The position numbers were made by a program, and so were the translations under genes. Below are positions 1 through 10,238 of a DNA stretch of 64,000 nt, one piece after another (the first letter of the stretch is position 1; the number at the start of each line of letters is the position of its first letter). The notes under the pieces were generated by a model. It was given only the letters and a program-made list of their open reading frames with translations. It was not told where the DNA came from and ran no database searches. The stretch is taken from assembly GCA_963733095.1 (NCBI GenBank), contig CAVTBV010000004.1:1-64000 (forward strand). The letters are read 5' to 3'. This DNA comes from Candidatus Bathyarchaeota archaeon (GTDB lineage: Archaea > Thermoproteota > Bathyarchaeia > Bathyarchaeales > Bathycorpusculaceae).

Positions 1-1762
1 AAGTTGGCTGGGGTGTTTGTTGTGTATGTTATTGTAACGTCTGAAGTGCTGACTGTTCTTGAACTGATGGATTGCCATTGATTAGTTACAAAGTTGTATA
101 GGTATAAAGTTTGTGATTCGCTCTTAGAGTAACTGCCGTCATACATTATAGTTAACTTTTTCACTATTGAAGGTGACCCGTCAATTTTTGTTGTGATGTT
201 CCAATCTATAATATAATAGTTACCTGATTTTGAAGACTTTATTGATAAGTCAACATTATCGTTTGAAGAAAGTGAAGTTACGCTACCAGATGTGATTGTT
301 CCTGTGTTGATGCTCACTGAGGTCGGATTGTAATTTTTTGTGTTTGGGTTGGTGTGGGTGTTGGTGTTTGGGTTGTTGACTGGTAGATTCTTATTTCTAC
401 TATGTGGGCTGCTAAGTTTGCTGTGTTGCCGGTTACGGTTATTTTGATGTATTTTGCTGTTACTTGGTTGAATGTGTCTGTTACTGTGCTGTGTCCGGTT
501 TTGGTTGGTACTATGGTGTTCCAGTTTGAGCCGTCGGTTGATGCTTGGATGTAGTATGTGTATGTTCTTGTGTCGTCGTCGTAGAAGTGGGTGGTGATTT
601 GGCTGATGGTGGTTTGGGTTCCAAGGTCGAGTTGTAGCCATTGGGGTAGTTTGCCTGAGGTGATCATGGCGTTTGTTCCCCAGTAATTCCATGTTGTGTC
701 ATCTCCGTCTATTGCTAGGTTTGGTGTGTGGGTGCTGTCGTATGAGGAGGCGGTTGCGCTTGACACTGTAACTTGATTCGATGTAGGTGCAGGTGAGGAA
801 TCTAACTGCACTGGAAAACTGAAAACGTCTTCTGAATCAGTCAACCATGTTGAGTTCCATACGGAGTAGGTAGATGTGGTAACTGTTTGGCTATTTAAAT
901 CAAAAGTGTAGATTCTTGTTGAACATGCACCTTGGTCATTATCATTGTACTGGTCATCAAATTCAATTTGGGTTCTTCCATTCACTTGGTTGTGGACATT
1001 TATTGGGTCTATCTTAGGACTTGTATGCCCATTGAGAGTTAAGAAAACATTTGGATAGTTATTAAGTAGAGTCTGTAGATTTTGTTCCCATGTTGGGGAG
1101 TATGGCAAATCATTGGTACTGAAATCCAAATCTGGTGAAGCCAAGTATGCATGAGTTGCAACTATGATATTGTAGTTCAAACCTGAGTAGGTATTCAATA
1201 AGTTTGTTGCCCAAGTCAGGGCAGTATCATTTGCTTCTGATTCTAAGTTTATCACAAGGAAATTGTATCCATTAAAAGAAAACTTTGCAGCAGTGTTCTT
1301 GCCTTGAATTGAACTTCCAACCCAGTAACTTTGACTGCTAAAAGTTGATGGATTGAAAGCAGAATATTGATTGCCCACCCAACCTGAGTTTGGGTTGTCC
1401 ATTCCATTTTGGTCATGGTTGCCTGCATCCCATGTGTAAGGAACATTTGCGGAAGTTAGAAGTGACATTGCATTGTTTGCATTTTGCCATTGTGTTGAGT
1501 CATAGTACTGGTCTACCAAGTCTCCAGTGTGAATAACCATTTTTACATTGTAAGTACCCACGTTATTTGCTATCCATGTTGTCAATGAACTGTATAAGTT
1601 TGGATACTGTGATGAAAGAAATTGTGTGTCAGATATTTGCATTATTGAAAAGCTGTTGGTCGATGCTGAAGCTATATTTATTTTTAATCTATCATACGTT
1701 AATGTTGAAGCAAGAATTAACGTAAGTATTATTGTTAGAATTTTTTGTTTACTTACGTTCAT
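1..1762 (-). CDS. Secreted calcineurin-like metallophosphoesterase + F5/8 type C (CBM32-like) domain + PT linker; frameshifted near 334-339, continues beyond the window start
   Basis: ORF 314..1762 has an N-terminal signal/TM, DTQ, GDLVD, GNHD, THAY and NGH phosphoesterase motifs and a discoidin-like domain (AIDGD, WLQLDLG, STDGSNW). Another frame reads open from about 333 to base 1 (NYNPTSVSINTGTITSGSVTSLSSNDN...). Confidence 0.8.
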
Positions 1763-2086
1763 CTTGACGCCCTCTTTTTATTTAGAAGCGCCTAACCAAC
1801 CCGCTTCAACAATTAATAAAGAGACAAAGCAACGCGCTTGGTAGCAGTCTAACCGACTAACAGTACTTGGGTATGCTTGATTCAAATATATAATTACATC
1901 TTTAGAACTTAAATTTTTGCTAATTCTTCAAGCAACCACAAACTATGCAACTTTGCGAATTTCATTTTAAATGCTATCAAAGTTAGTAAACGGAGAACTT
2001 GGCTAAAACCCTTAATTTGGAGAAAAAAAATAACCCAAACCATTTTTGGGACAAGGTAGCGCGTTTCTTTCCAAGAAGACAATCCT

Positions 2087-2422
2087 TCAATAACCCTTTA
2101 TCGGTTTCTTCAATAAGTATTGGTCTTGTTGAGCATCTTTAGCCCCGTCCGACACAAAATCGACTACGACGAGTTTATGTTTTAACCATCTGCGAACCTG
2201 TTTTTCTGATTGATAGGAGTTGCAGAAGTTTGTTCCCAAGTATTTTGTAGCTACCACAACAAGCTCTCCAGATTCATATTTCTGTTTTTCTGGGTTGTGT
2301 AAGCGTTTAACTCCGTGAACGGTGATAAGCAGATACCCGCCAGTGTTTTTGCTCAAGCTTGGTATACGGTGGAACATCTGGAGCTCTGAAACACACACAA
2401 GATTAAAATTTAATTCAACCAA
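2087..2422 (-). pseudogene. Probable C-terminal remnant of a class I SAM-dependent methyltransferase
   Basis: GGYLLITVHG, Y.S...VRRW and QDQYLLKK resemble methyltransferase C-termini; no SAM-binding motif I is present. Confidence 0.45.
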
Positions 2423-2549
2423 CTTGGCGCTTTATAATAATTGTGTTTTCTAATTTGGCGGCAATTTGGGAACAAAATGGAAAAACCAATTAATAATATC
2501 TAAAACATGAACAAGTTTGAAAACTCTAACCATAAAGGAGGAGCAACAA

Positions 2550-2792
2550 ATGAAACAAATACAATCGCATGTGTTGGACTTAACTCGAATAGATGGAAAT
2601 GGAGAATTTCTTTGTCCAGAATGTGGAAATAGAATATCCCCAGATGATTGCGCCGAAGAAGGATATTCAATTTTGGAGATAAAGGTCGAAACACAAAGTC
2701 TTGATGAAGTGATAATTCAATGCAACAAGTGTGCAACTATAATCCATTTAACCGGTTTTTCTTTACTGAAAAACCTAACTTCTTTAAACTAA
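2550..2792 (+). CDS. Small zinc-ribbon protein
   Basis: CPECG and CNKC pairs; GGAGGAG SD before ATG 2550. Confidence 0.75.
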   Translation: MKQIQSHVLDLTRIDGNGEFLCPECGNRISPDDCAEEGYSILEIKVETQSLDEVIIQCNKCATIIHLTGFSLLKNLTSLN

Positions 2793-2875
2793 CAAAGTAT
2801 TATGTCTGAAATTTGTGCTGTTCTGTGGAGAAGAAACATCAAATAGCTCAGAGAGTAACATAACTTAGGTTAACG

Positions 2876-3916
2876 ATGTTTTCAAAGCCAGTTTGGTTTA
2901 CTGTTAAAGAGAAGAAATGGCAGGTTGGTTACTTTGGCAAGTTTTCTTGGACTGGTGAGGAAAATTTTTGGGACTCGGATAATTGCACGGTTAGTTTTGC
3001 GAGAACTCTAAACAATGAATGCCTGATTGTTGTCCGAAGCAGCCAAACAATACAGAGTAGTTTCATGGAAAAAGAAGTTACGCTTCGGTACATGCTGGGC
3101 TTTGAGATCTCGACAAAACCCTTCGAACCCAAAACCGAGCTGTATACTGCAAGGAATAACATTCCAAACAGAAGAGAGGGCCCAAAAAATCGGTGGGTCT
3201 TCCAGCTTGACAATAAACATTGGATCTGGGAGTGGGCACAGCAAGGAGTAGACATCACCAATTCAACAATCTACAGCCTGTACAACGAGATAGTAAATGA
3301 AATGGACCATCCATCCAAGAATCCAAATAACATCTTCGATGTACAAATAGATGTGCAAGACGACACGGTGATCCCCGTTGTATATCAGCCGAGCGTTGAT
3401 GCCTTAAAAAATTTCCTTCGCGAAATCCACTACGCAAAAGGACCCCCAAACCAAGACGGATCCTATGAAATGGAGGTTTCTCTTCTATTCAACAACGAAA
3501 GACTCCGTCAGCACGGGATCTTGAATTCTATCTACCAAGGGCTACGACGATTAATCTACGGAAGGGTGATGGATCTAGAATCATTCAAGATTCTCTTCGC
3601 CAAGGATCCGGCTAATGATGGATTTACCTTCGAAGGAATATACAGCTATGAGAACGGAATGAATGAGGATTCAATCCACGGCGACAAAACTCCTCCACCA
3701 GCACCAAAACATCCCATCAAGTACTATTTTGTGGACCATAAGCACCCGGTTGTGTTCGTAAACACAGCAAACCATGCCCTGGCTGAACACGACGCGAACG
3801 ACAGGATCTGGAAATGGGAGTATATCCCGTGGCTTGAGGATACCCCAGTTAAGCTAGGCACCAAGACCAGAAAAGCAATTGAAGAGAGCTTCAAGTCACC
3901 GCTCAAATTCTGGTAA
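2876..3916 (+). CDS. Hypothetical protein, 346 aa
   Basis: Long ORF with protein-like composition; no family recognised. Confidence 0.8.
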   Translation: MFSKPVWFTVKEKKWQVGYFGKFSWTGEENFWDSDNCTVSFARTLNNECLIVVRSSQTIQSSFMEKEVTLRYMLGFEISTKPFEPKTELYTARNNIPNRREGPKNRWVFQLDNKHWIWEWAQQGVDITNSTIYSLYNEIVNEMDHPSKNPNNIFDVQIDVQDDTVIPVVYQPSVDALKNFLREIHYAKGPPNQDGSYEMEVSLLFNNERLRQHGILNSIYQGLRRLIYGRVMDLESFKILFAKDPANDGFTFEGIYSYENGMNEDSIHGDKTPPPAPKHPIKYYFVDHKHPVVFVNTANHALAEHDANDRIWKWEYIPWLEDTPVKLGTKTRKAIEESFKSPLKFW

Positions 3917-4071
3917 ATCAAAATACGATTTAACCCATCCGGATTGCCCCAGTTTTTTAAATTGGCGCAGTTTGCACCCGCAAAAAAACATTAAACTAAA
4001 CCGGCAAGAATGACCACTACTGCCCCAAGCCCTCGCGTCATCTTTCTAATGAGAAAAAAGCGCATTAAAGG

Positions 4072-4242
4072 TTACAACAGTTTTCCGCCGCACATAGGGC
4101 ATACTGCTGGAAATTTATCTTGCATATTAATCAATTGAATCCCACAATAAAAGCATAGGTAAATTTGGCATTTTGGGCAATGTTGAACTCCACCGCCAAC
4201 CATTCTTCCGCAAGCATCACAAGGACGTGATAAATCGACCAT
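4072..4242 (-). CDS. 56-aa C8 RING-like zinc-finger microprotein (absent from the ORF track)
   Basis: Manual translation MVDLSRPCDACGRMVGGGVQHCPKCQIYLCFYCGIQLINMQDKFPAVCPMCGGKLL has four CxxC pairs; a TTATAAAG box lies about 23-30 bp upstream. Confidence 0.8.
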   Translation of the reverse strand: MVDLSRPCDACGRMVGGGVQHCPKCQIYLCFYCGIQLINMQDKFPAVCPMCGGKLL

Positions 4243-4478
4243 AGCTGGCTTTGGGGTCTAAATTCTTTATAAGAGACATGCTCTACCGACCTCATTGCAC
4301 AGTAGAGTCTACAATGAAGCTGAAATATGGCGACGTTAGCGCAGAGCAAAATTAAAGTGCCCTTTTCCTTGTCCCACAATGGGGCGAAAAATGATGTAAA
4401 TGTTGAATAAACCTCCCTTTCTTGTTAAATATTATATTTCTCACTTCTGTACTATATAATGGATAATACGCCGCATGG

Positions 4479-5030
4479 ATGCGACATGTTTTGATAACCG
4501 CTGATTCGGTTAGGGAAAGATGCACTGCTGTGCGAGTATTAAGCAACGGGGTTACTGTTGTTTTTAGACCAATTGAGCCATCTGACCAATCGAGACTAAA
4601 CGATTTTGTAAAGTCTTTATCTTTGGAGAGTCTGCACTTTAGGTTCCTAGAAATAATCAAAGAACTGCCTTTGGAAACACTGCAGCGAATGTGCAATATA
4701 GACTATAGCCAAGAGATAGCAATAGTCGTTCAGCCCAAAAGTGAAGATAAAATAGTCGCTGTTGCGCGGTTGAACATGGATAGAAGTTGGAGGCGCAGTG
4801 AATTCGACCTTGTCGTTGCTGACGCTTGGCAAGGAATAGGGTTGGGGACTCAACTTATGGGCTATGTTTTCGAAATAGCCAGGGACTGGGGGCTTTATGA
4901 GATTAATTTTTTTGTTTCATGGGACAACTATAAAATGATTGCACTTTCAAAAAAGATGGGGCTCAAAATTAAGTCTGCAGACGGAGATACCTTAGAAATG
5001 ACTTCGCAGCTGTTTTCTGAGATGACCTGA
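4479..5030 (+). CDS. GNAT family N-acetyltransferase (Pat C-terminal-like)
   Basis: RPIEPSD, SLHFRF, VADAWQGIGLG acetyl-CoA motif, N..MIAL..KMG. Confidence 0.85.
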   Translation: MRHVLITADSVRERCTAVRVLSNGVTVVFRPIEPSDQSRLNDFVKSLSLESLHFRFLEIIKELPLETLQRMCNIDYSQEIAIVVQPKSEDKIVAVARLNMDRSWRRSEFDLVVADAWQGIGLGTQLMGYVFEIARDWGLYEINFFVSWDNYKMIALSKKMGLKIKSADGDTLEMTSQLFSEMT

Positions 5031-5123
5031 AGTTACCATGTACTAAAATTATTGATCAACGATTACAGCCACTTGGAACTACCTTGGAGTGTTTCTGTCA
5101 AAATCAAAGTTGAAGCCCTTTTC

Positions 5124-7550
5124 TCAATGCATCAATTTCTTTTTAATTTGGTCATTTACAACGACGCCGAAGAAAAAGAACCAGCTCAGTACAATGGCGA
5201 CATATAATGGTTGTATTGGCACAAGTCCAGGAATACCGATTATTGAGATTAGTGATGAAACGACTATGTCTACTACAATTGCCCCTAACAGTAGCCTGCT
5301 GGGTTTCGATTTCCAAAAATTTCCTCGCTCGCGAACAACAAAAATTGTAAAGAGACCACCGAATAACAGCATGTCAAAGACAAACGTGTTTAGCTGCGCA
5401 ATATTTGAGAGGTCTAAGTATGTTATGCCTATGTAAAGAAGCCCGAAGGATTCAGCAACGACGAATATCCCTAAAACGATTGATGCCTTAAGAAGCGATG
5501 CTATATTCCATGTTTCTGGTCTTTGTGAAGGCCGAACATTATCGGTAGCTAGAGATATGGTTACAAAATCTACTAAAAACAGTAAGAGAACAACTTGGAA
5601 AGCATTGATAACAAACAGTCCTGTAAACAGAAAGGCTAAGACGACGAACACAACTATTTGGAAGGTTTTTACTATTTTGTTAAATATCCACGTAAGAATC
5701 CTTTGATAAATCATGCGTCCAGAAATAACCAGGCTGAAAATATTAGTTAGTCCCGGCTCTGTTAGAACTACACTAGCTGCACCTTTTGCAACATCGGTTG
5801 CATTACTTACTGCTATTCCCACTTCAGCTTGCTTAAGCGCTGGGGAATCATTTATGCCATCTCCAGTCATCCCAACAACATGCTTTTTAGCCTGCAATGC
5901 CCGCACAATCTGATACTTACCCTCAGGGTAAATCTCCGCAAAGCCATCGCTGTTCTCAGCGATCTCTACTGCAGCAATCGCATCTTTACTAGATGTCTCC
6001 TTTAGCTCGGGAGTCCGAATAACCTTGTTTCCCAAGTTTACTTCAGCAGCTACCTGTTTTGCGATTGGCAGCGAATCACCAGTTAGCATTTTCACTGATA
6101 TACCTAATCCTCGGAGTTTCTCAATCATTTTTGCAGAATCAGGTCTCGGTTTATCATAGAGCGCTACTAAGCCTGCGAGTTCAAAACTTCTATCCTGATA
6201 GCTTACACCAACTGCAATTATTCGGTACCCCTTACTTGCGAAAGTCTCCATCTGCACTTCTAAATCAGCAAAGTCCTTTCCCATTATGCCCGCCAGGGGC
6301 GTTATGACTGTAACCGCACCTTTAGCGACTCTAATTTTTTTCCCATTCCTCTCCAAGACCGCTTCTGTTCTTCTTGTCGAGGGATCAAACGGTATGAATT
6401 CTCTTGGAGTAAATTCGGATAGAGGCAGATTCTTGTCTTGAGCCGCTGTTAAGAAGGCTATGTCTATTGGGTCCTGATTCGCTTTTTGGGATGCTAAAGC
6501 ACCGAATAATATGGCATCATCTTTTCTATATTTGCCAAACTCCAAAACGTCAGCTACATTCAGCAAGTTTAACGTCAATGTGCCAGTTTTGTCCACACAT
6601 AGAACATCCATTAATGCCGCATCCTCTGAGGCGCTAAGTCGAGTAACTAGAACCCCTTTTTTTGCAAGTTCAAGTGAGCCTATCGCCATTGTAACTGTAA
6701 ACATTGTTGGCAAGGCAACAGGGATTGCAGAAACCAACAGAATCAACGCCAAAGATAGCACATCCAAAAGATTCATGCCTCTTATCCACGATACCGCAAA
6801 AGCGATGGCAAGCAGAGAAATAACCAAGACAAGCAGCCATTTCATCAATCCAGTGATGACTGTTTCCATATGGAGCTTTGGCTTTGCCAGTTGGACCAGT
6901 TGAGTTGTCTTGCCAAAGTACGTATGAGCGCCAGTGGATGTCACTACTCCTGTTGCTTCACCTTTACGTATCAATGACCCAGAATAGATGAGGTCACTTT
7001 TCTTTTTTTCAAGCGGCATCGACTCTCCAGTTATGGCTGATTGGTCCACCGTAAGTTCAGTATCAATAATTTTAAGGTCCGCAGGTACAAGGTCACCAGA
7101 CCTCACGCGAATAATATCTCCTGGAACTAACCCTGCTGCGCTGATTGTTGACCATGAACCATCTCTTAGCGCCCGTGTTTGCAGTTGAAGCTTTTGTTTG
7201 AGCGCTTTTACAGCTCTTGTTGCTTGCTGTTCCTGGAAAAAACCCAAAAAGGCATTCACAAGAAGCAACGCCAATATGATGTACAAGTCTAGGAAGTTGC
7301 CTAAAACAAAAGAAATAACTATTGCTATCTCAAGCATCCAAGCTGTTAAACCCCAAAATCGCTTAAAAAACGCGATAATTGGGTTTTGATGTTTTTCCTC
7401 AACGGCGTTAGCGCCATACTGTCTAATTCTTTGTTTAGCCTCTGTTTGGGTCAAACCTGTCGATGGGTTGCTCTGCAATCGACTAAATATTTCATCTACA
7501 GAAAGATCGCTGAAGTCATCGGGGCCTTGACTTTTGCTCATATTTACCAA
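5124..7550 (-). CDS. Plasma-membrane proton-efflux P-type ATPase (P3A)
   Basis: TGES, IPVALP, DKTGTLT, MLTGD, GDGINDSP, TM6 Asp (LVDF). Confidence 0.9.
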   Translation of the reverse strand: MVNMSKSQGPDDFSDLSVDEIFSRLQSNPSTGLTQTEAKQRIRQYGANAVEEKHQNPIIAFFKRFWGLTAWMLEIAIVISFVLGNFLDLYIILALLLVNAFLGFFQEQQATRAVKALKQKLQLQTRALRDGSWSTISAAGLVPGDIIRVRSGDLVPADLKIIDTELTVDQSAITGESMPLEKKKSDLIYSGSLIRKGEATGVVTSTGAHTYFGKTTQLVQLAKPKLHMETVITGLMKWLLVLVISLLAIAFAVSWIRGMNLLDVLSLALILLVSAIPVALPTMFTVTMAIGSLELAKKGVLVTRLSASEDAALMDVLCVDKTGTLTLNLLNVADVLEFGKYRKDDAILFGALASQKANQDPIDIAFLTAAQDKNLPLSEFTPREFIPFDPSTRRTEAVLERNGKKIRVAKGAVTVITPLAGIMGKDFADLEVQMETFASKGYRIIAVGVSYQDRSFELAGLVALYDKPRPDSAKMIEKLRGLGISVKMLTGDSLPIAKQVAAEVNLGNKVIRTPELKETSSKDAIAAVEIAENSDGFAEIYPEGKYQIVRALQAKKHVVGMTGDGINDSPALKQAEVGIAVSNATDVAKGAASVVLTEPGLTNIFSLVISGRMIYQRILTWIFNKIVKTFQIVVFVVLAFLFTGLFVINAFQVVLLLFLVDFVTISLATDNVRPSQRPETWNIASLLKASIVLGIFVVAESFGLLYIGITYLDLSNIAQLNTFVFDMLLFGGLFTIFVVRERGNFWKSKPSRLLLGAIVVDIVVSSLISIIGIPGLVPIQPLYVAIVLSWFFFFGVVVNDQIKKKLMH

Positions 7551-7780
7551 TTCACAGTTTTAGAATTAGGGCGCTCCAAATTTGTTAGTGCCCAAGTGTA
7601 GCTATGTTAGGAAATACTTTAGGCAAGCTATAGGGTTTTTGCAACTTCACTTAACGGTTTAACGGGTCTACTCAGAGAGTCATTGATTCGAAGAATTTTT
7701 GATTATTTCTAGTTCTTGAACATCAACTTATGCAACTAATCAAAGATACCACCTCATCAGTATAACTGGCGTGTGTAGCT

Positions 7781-7808
7781 TGGCGGGTTCGACGGGAACC
7801 GACCCTGT
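7781..7808 (-). repeat. Degenerate copy of a tRNA 3' end (possible att relic)
   Basis: gcgggttcgacggga (7783-7797) matches gcgggtccgacggga (10083-10097) at 14/15 nt in the same orientation; on the minus strand it ends in GCCA. Confidence 0.45.
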
Positions 7809-7933
7809 ACATGCGCTTCTATACTAATTTTCCTTTTTTTATTCTTGGAAGTTAGAAAATTATCTAACATTATGTTAGTTAGTAATGCCTTAATAGTGTT
7901 TCAACATAACTAGACTATTTACTCATCAGCTCA

Positions 7934-8860
7934 GTGATTGGTTTGATAGAAACTGAGAATTTAACAAAAAAATTCGCTGGCTTGACAGCTGTAGATAGCG
8001 TTAGTCTTCGAGTTAATGATGGCGAAGTTTTCGGTTTCCTGGGACCCAACGGTGCAGGAAAAACCACCACCATTAGGATGCTTTGTTGCCTAATATCAAA
8101 GACAAGTGGAAGCGCCACAATAGGCGGGTATGAAATAGGCAATAAAGAAGGTTCTTTAAAGATACGTAAAATGATTGGGTTGGTTCCTGATAATGTGGGG
8201 TTATCTGAACATCTAACCGCTTATGACAACTTGGACTTTTTTGGAAAAATATATGATTGCTCGGATGCTCAAAGGAAAGAAAATATCCAACGTTTCCTCG
8301 ATATGTTGGGGCTTTGGGATAAGAGAAACATTTTAGCTGGGACCTTTTCCAAGGGCATGAAACAAAAACTCGCCATAGCCCGCGCCCTCATCCATGACCC
8401 ACAAGTACTTTTCATGGACGAGCCTACTGCGAATCTAGATCCTGAGGCTTCGAAAACAGTCCGGGATTTCATTCTTCAACTAAAAAAAGAGAAGAAGACA
8501 ATCTTTCTAAACACCCACAACCTCGACGAGGCACAAAGAATCTGCGACAGGGTAGCAATAATGAATACAAGTATTAGGGCAATCGGGACTCCGCAGGAAC
8601 TTGAAAGGTCCGTTAGCGGCAAAAAGACAGTTATCGGATTAGAACAGCAAATCAACGATGCCGTTTTGGGGGCACTGAAAAAAATGCCGCTCAAAAACCT
8701 GGTCACCGACGGCGACACAGTAACATTTAGTGTGGAAAACCCAGACAAGGAAAATTCGCCTGTTATAGAGTCTATAGTGCTGGCGGGCGGTCATGTCAAA
8801 TCAATCAATGTGGTGGGCTCAACTTTAGAAGATACCTATCTAAAACTTGTGAGGAAATAA
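7934..8860 (+). CDS. ABC-2 type transporter ATP-binding protein
   Basis: GPNGAGKTT, FSKGMKQK, MDEPT, THN. Confidence 0.92.
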   Translation: MIGLIETENLTKKFAGLTAVDSVSLRVNDGEVFGFLGPNGAGKTTTIRMLCCLISKTSGSATIGGYEIGNKEGSLKIRKMIGLVPDNVGLSEHLTAYDNLDFFGKIYDCSDAQRKENIQRFLDMLGLWDKRNILAGTFSKGMKQKLAIARALIHDPQVLFMDEPTANLDPEASKTVRDFILQLKKEKKTIFLNTHNLDEAQRICDRVAIMNTSIRAIGTPQELERSVSGKKTVIGLEQQINDAVLGALKKMPLKNLVTDGDTVTFSVENPDKENSPVIESIVLAGGHVKSINVVGSTLEDTYLKLVRK

Positions 8861-8862
8861 AT

Positions 8863-9607
8863 ATGAGGCTCTCAAAGGCGTGGATCGTAGCAGCTAGGGA
8901 CTTCAAGATATTTAGGCGAGTAAAAAATGTCTGGTATTCAATCATCAGTCTTCCCTGTTGTTATCTCGGTCTTGTTTCCGGTGATACTGGAGTATTTAGC
9001 GATAAGGGGGAGCCATGGACTTGCAGCGCCTGGTGTGCTTCCAAATTTGCTTAACTCTTTTTCTTTCTTTTTAGTTATAGGAGCAGCGTACGTTCCCTTG
9101 GGAATTGCCTCCTACAGTATAGTGGGGGAGAAAGTTGAGAAGAGTCTGGAACCGCTTCTAGCAACACCTCTTACTGATGGAGAGATTTTGCTTGGAAAAG
9201 CCATTTCCGCAGTTATTCCAACTTTAGTGGCGATGTATGCGGCTGCAGCAGTCTTCATGGTGGGCATTGATGAGGTTACTTTCAGTACGCTTGGCTATTA
9301 TTATTTTCCAAACTGGAATATCGCCACTTTGCTGTTAGTTTTGATGCCGGTCGCCATTGTTATGAGTGTTCTGTTCAGTGTGATGGTTTCTTCAAGAGTT
9401 AATGATGTGCGTAGCGCTAACAGTTTTGGAATTTTTATTCTCTTTCCCCTCCTTGGCATATACCTTCTCAGCGAGACAAGCGTAATAACTCTTGACGTAA
9501 ACACTTTGCTCGTAATTTCAGGGGTTATCTTAGCTGTTGGTGTGGCGCTGTTTTTTGTCAGCACCAAGACTTTCCGAAGGGAGGAAATACTAACAAAGTG
9601 GAAGTAG
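8863..9607 (+). CDS. ABC-2 type permease with a single-base frameshift near 8947
   Basis: ORFs 8863.. and 8927..9607 join if one base near 8947 is removed (YSII-VFPVVISVLFP); GEK..KSLEPLLATP permease motif. Confidence 0.8.
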
Positions 9608-9641
9608 CGAAGTTGGAAGCGAAGAGGGCGGAGGTGGAACA

Positions 9642-9824
9642 TTGGATCCGAGTAAATATTATCAGACAAATAAGGGGAGACTCCTTGCGTTTGGAACCGT
9701 ACTAATAGTTTTGGGCATCGTCCTCTTTTTTGCAAAAGGCATCCAAGATGCGCTCGTATTACCCGTCTTTGGATTGGTGTTGCTTATTGCCGGCATTATT
9801 TATAATCCGCGCAAAAAGAAATAA
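9642..9824 (+). CDS. Small 2-TM membrane protein
   Basis: GGAGGTG SD before TTG; two hydrophobic helices and a basic tail. Confidence 0.7.
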   Translation: MDPSKYYQTNKGRLLAFGTVLIVLGIVLFFAKGIQDALVLPVFGLVLLIAGIIYNPRKKK

Positions 9825-10083
9825 AACGTCACAAATGACGCGCCATAGGCAGGATTTCCCGATCGCTTGGATATCTGTCTATTCGATCCATCTTTTTCCA
9901 TTATTCTGAGTTCATAGCAATAGAATCGGTATTTTTTTAAGTTAGATGTTATGTCTTCTGCGCTCGATATTTGAGGGAGCACTACCTCAATGCTTTTTTC
10001 AGATTCGCCCCCTTAACCCAAACATTGGATTGTGGTTTTCTAATTTGACACCAACAAGACAGCATTATAACCAAAAGAATTAG

Positions 10084-10158
10084 CGGGTCCGACGGGAGTT
10101 GAACCCGCGACCCTCGGATTAAAAGTCCGATGCTCTAGCCTGACTGAGCTACGGACCC
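10084..10158 (-). tRNA. tRNA-Lys (TTT), intronless, CCA not encoded
   Basis: GGGTCCG/CGGACCC acceptor stem, TCGGA-CTTTTAA-TCCGA anticodon arm, GGTTCAACT T-loop. Confidence 0.96.
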
Positions 10159-10238
10159 GCAAAGATTCGTTGCGGCTGATAGGAAAAGACGAAGGGGTTT
10201 TTTAGTATTTCTATTGGTTTAGTGAAAAAAAGGAATTA

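Noticed and set aside
1765-1890. Possible structured leader upstream of the phosphoesterase
   Set aside because: Only short GGTTAG repeats; no recognisable riboswitch consensus.
4131-4379. 82-aa minus-strand ORF in the track
   Set aside because: Shadow frame; the overlapping 56-aa Cys-patterned ORF is far more plausible.
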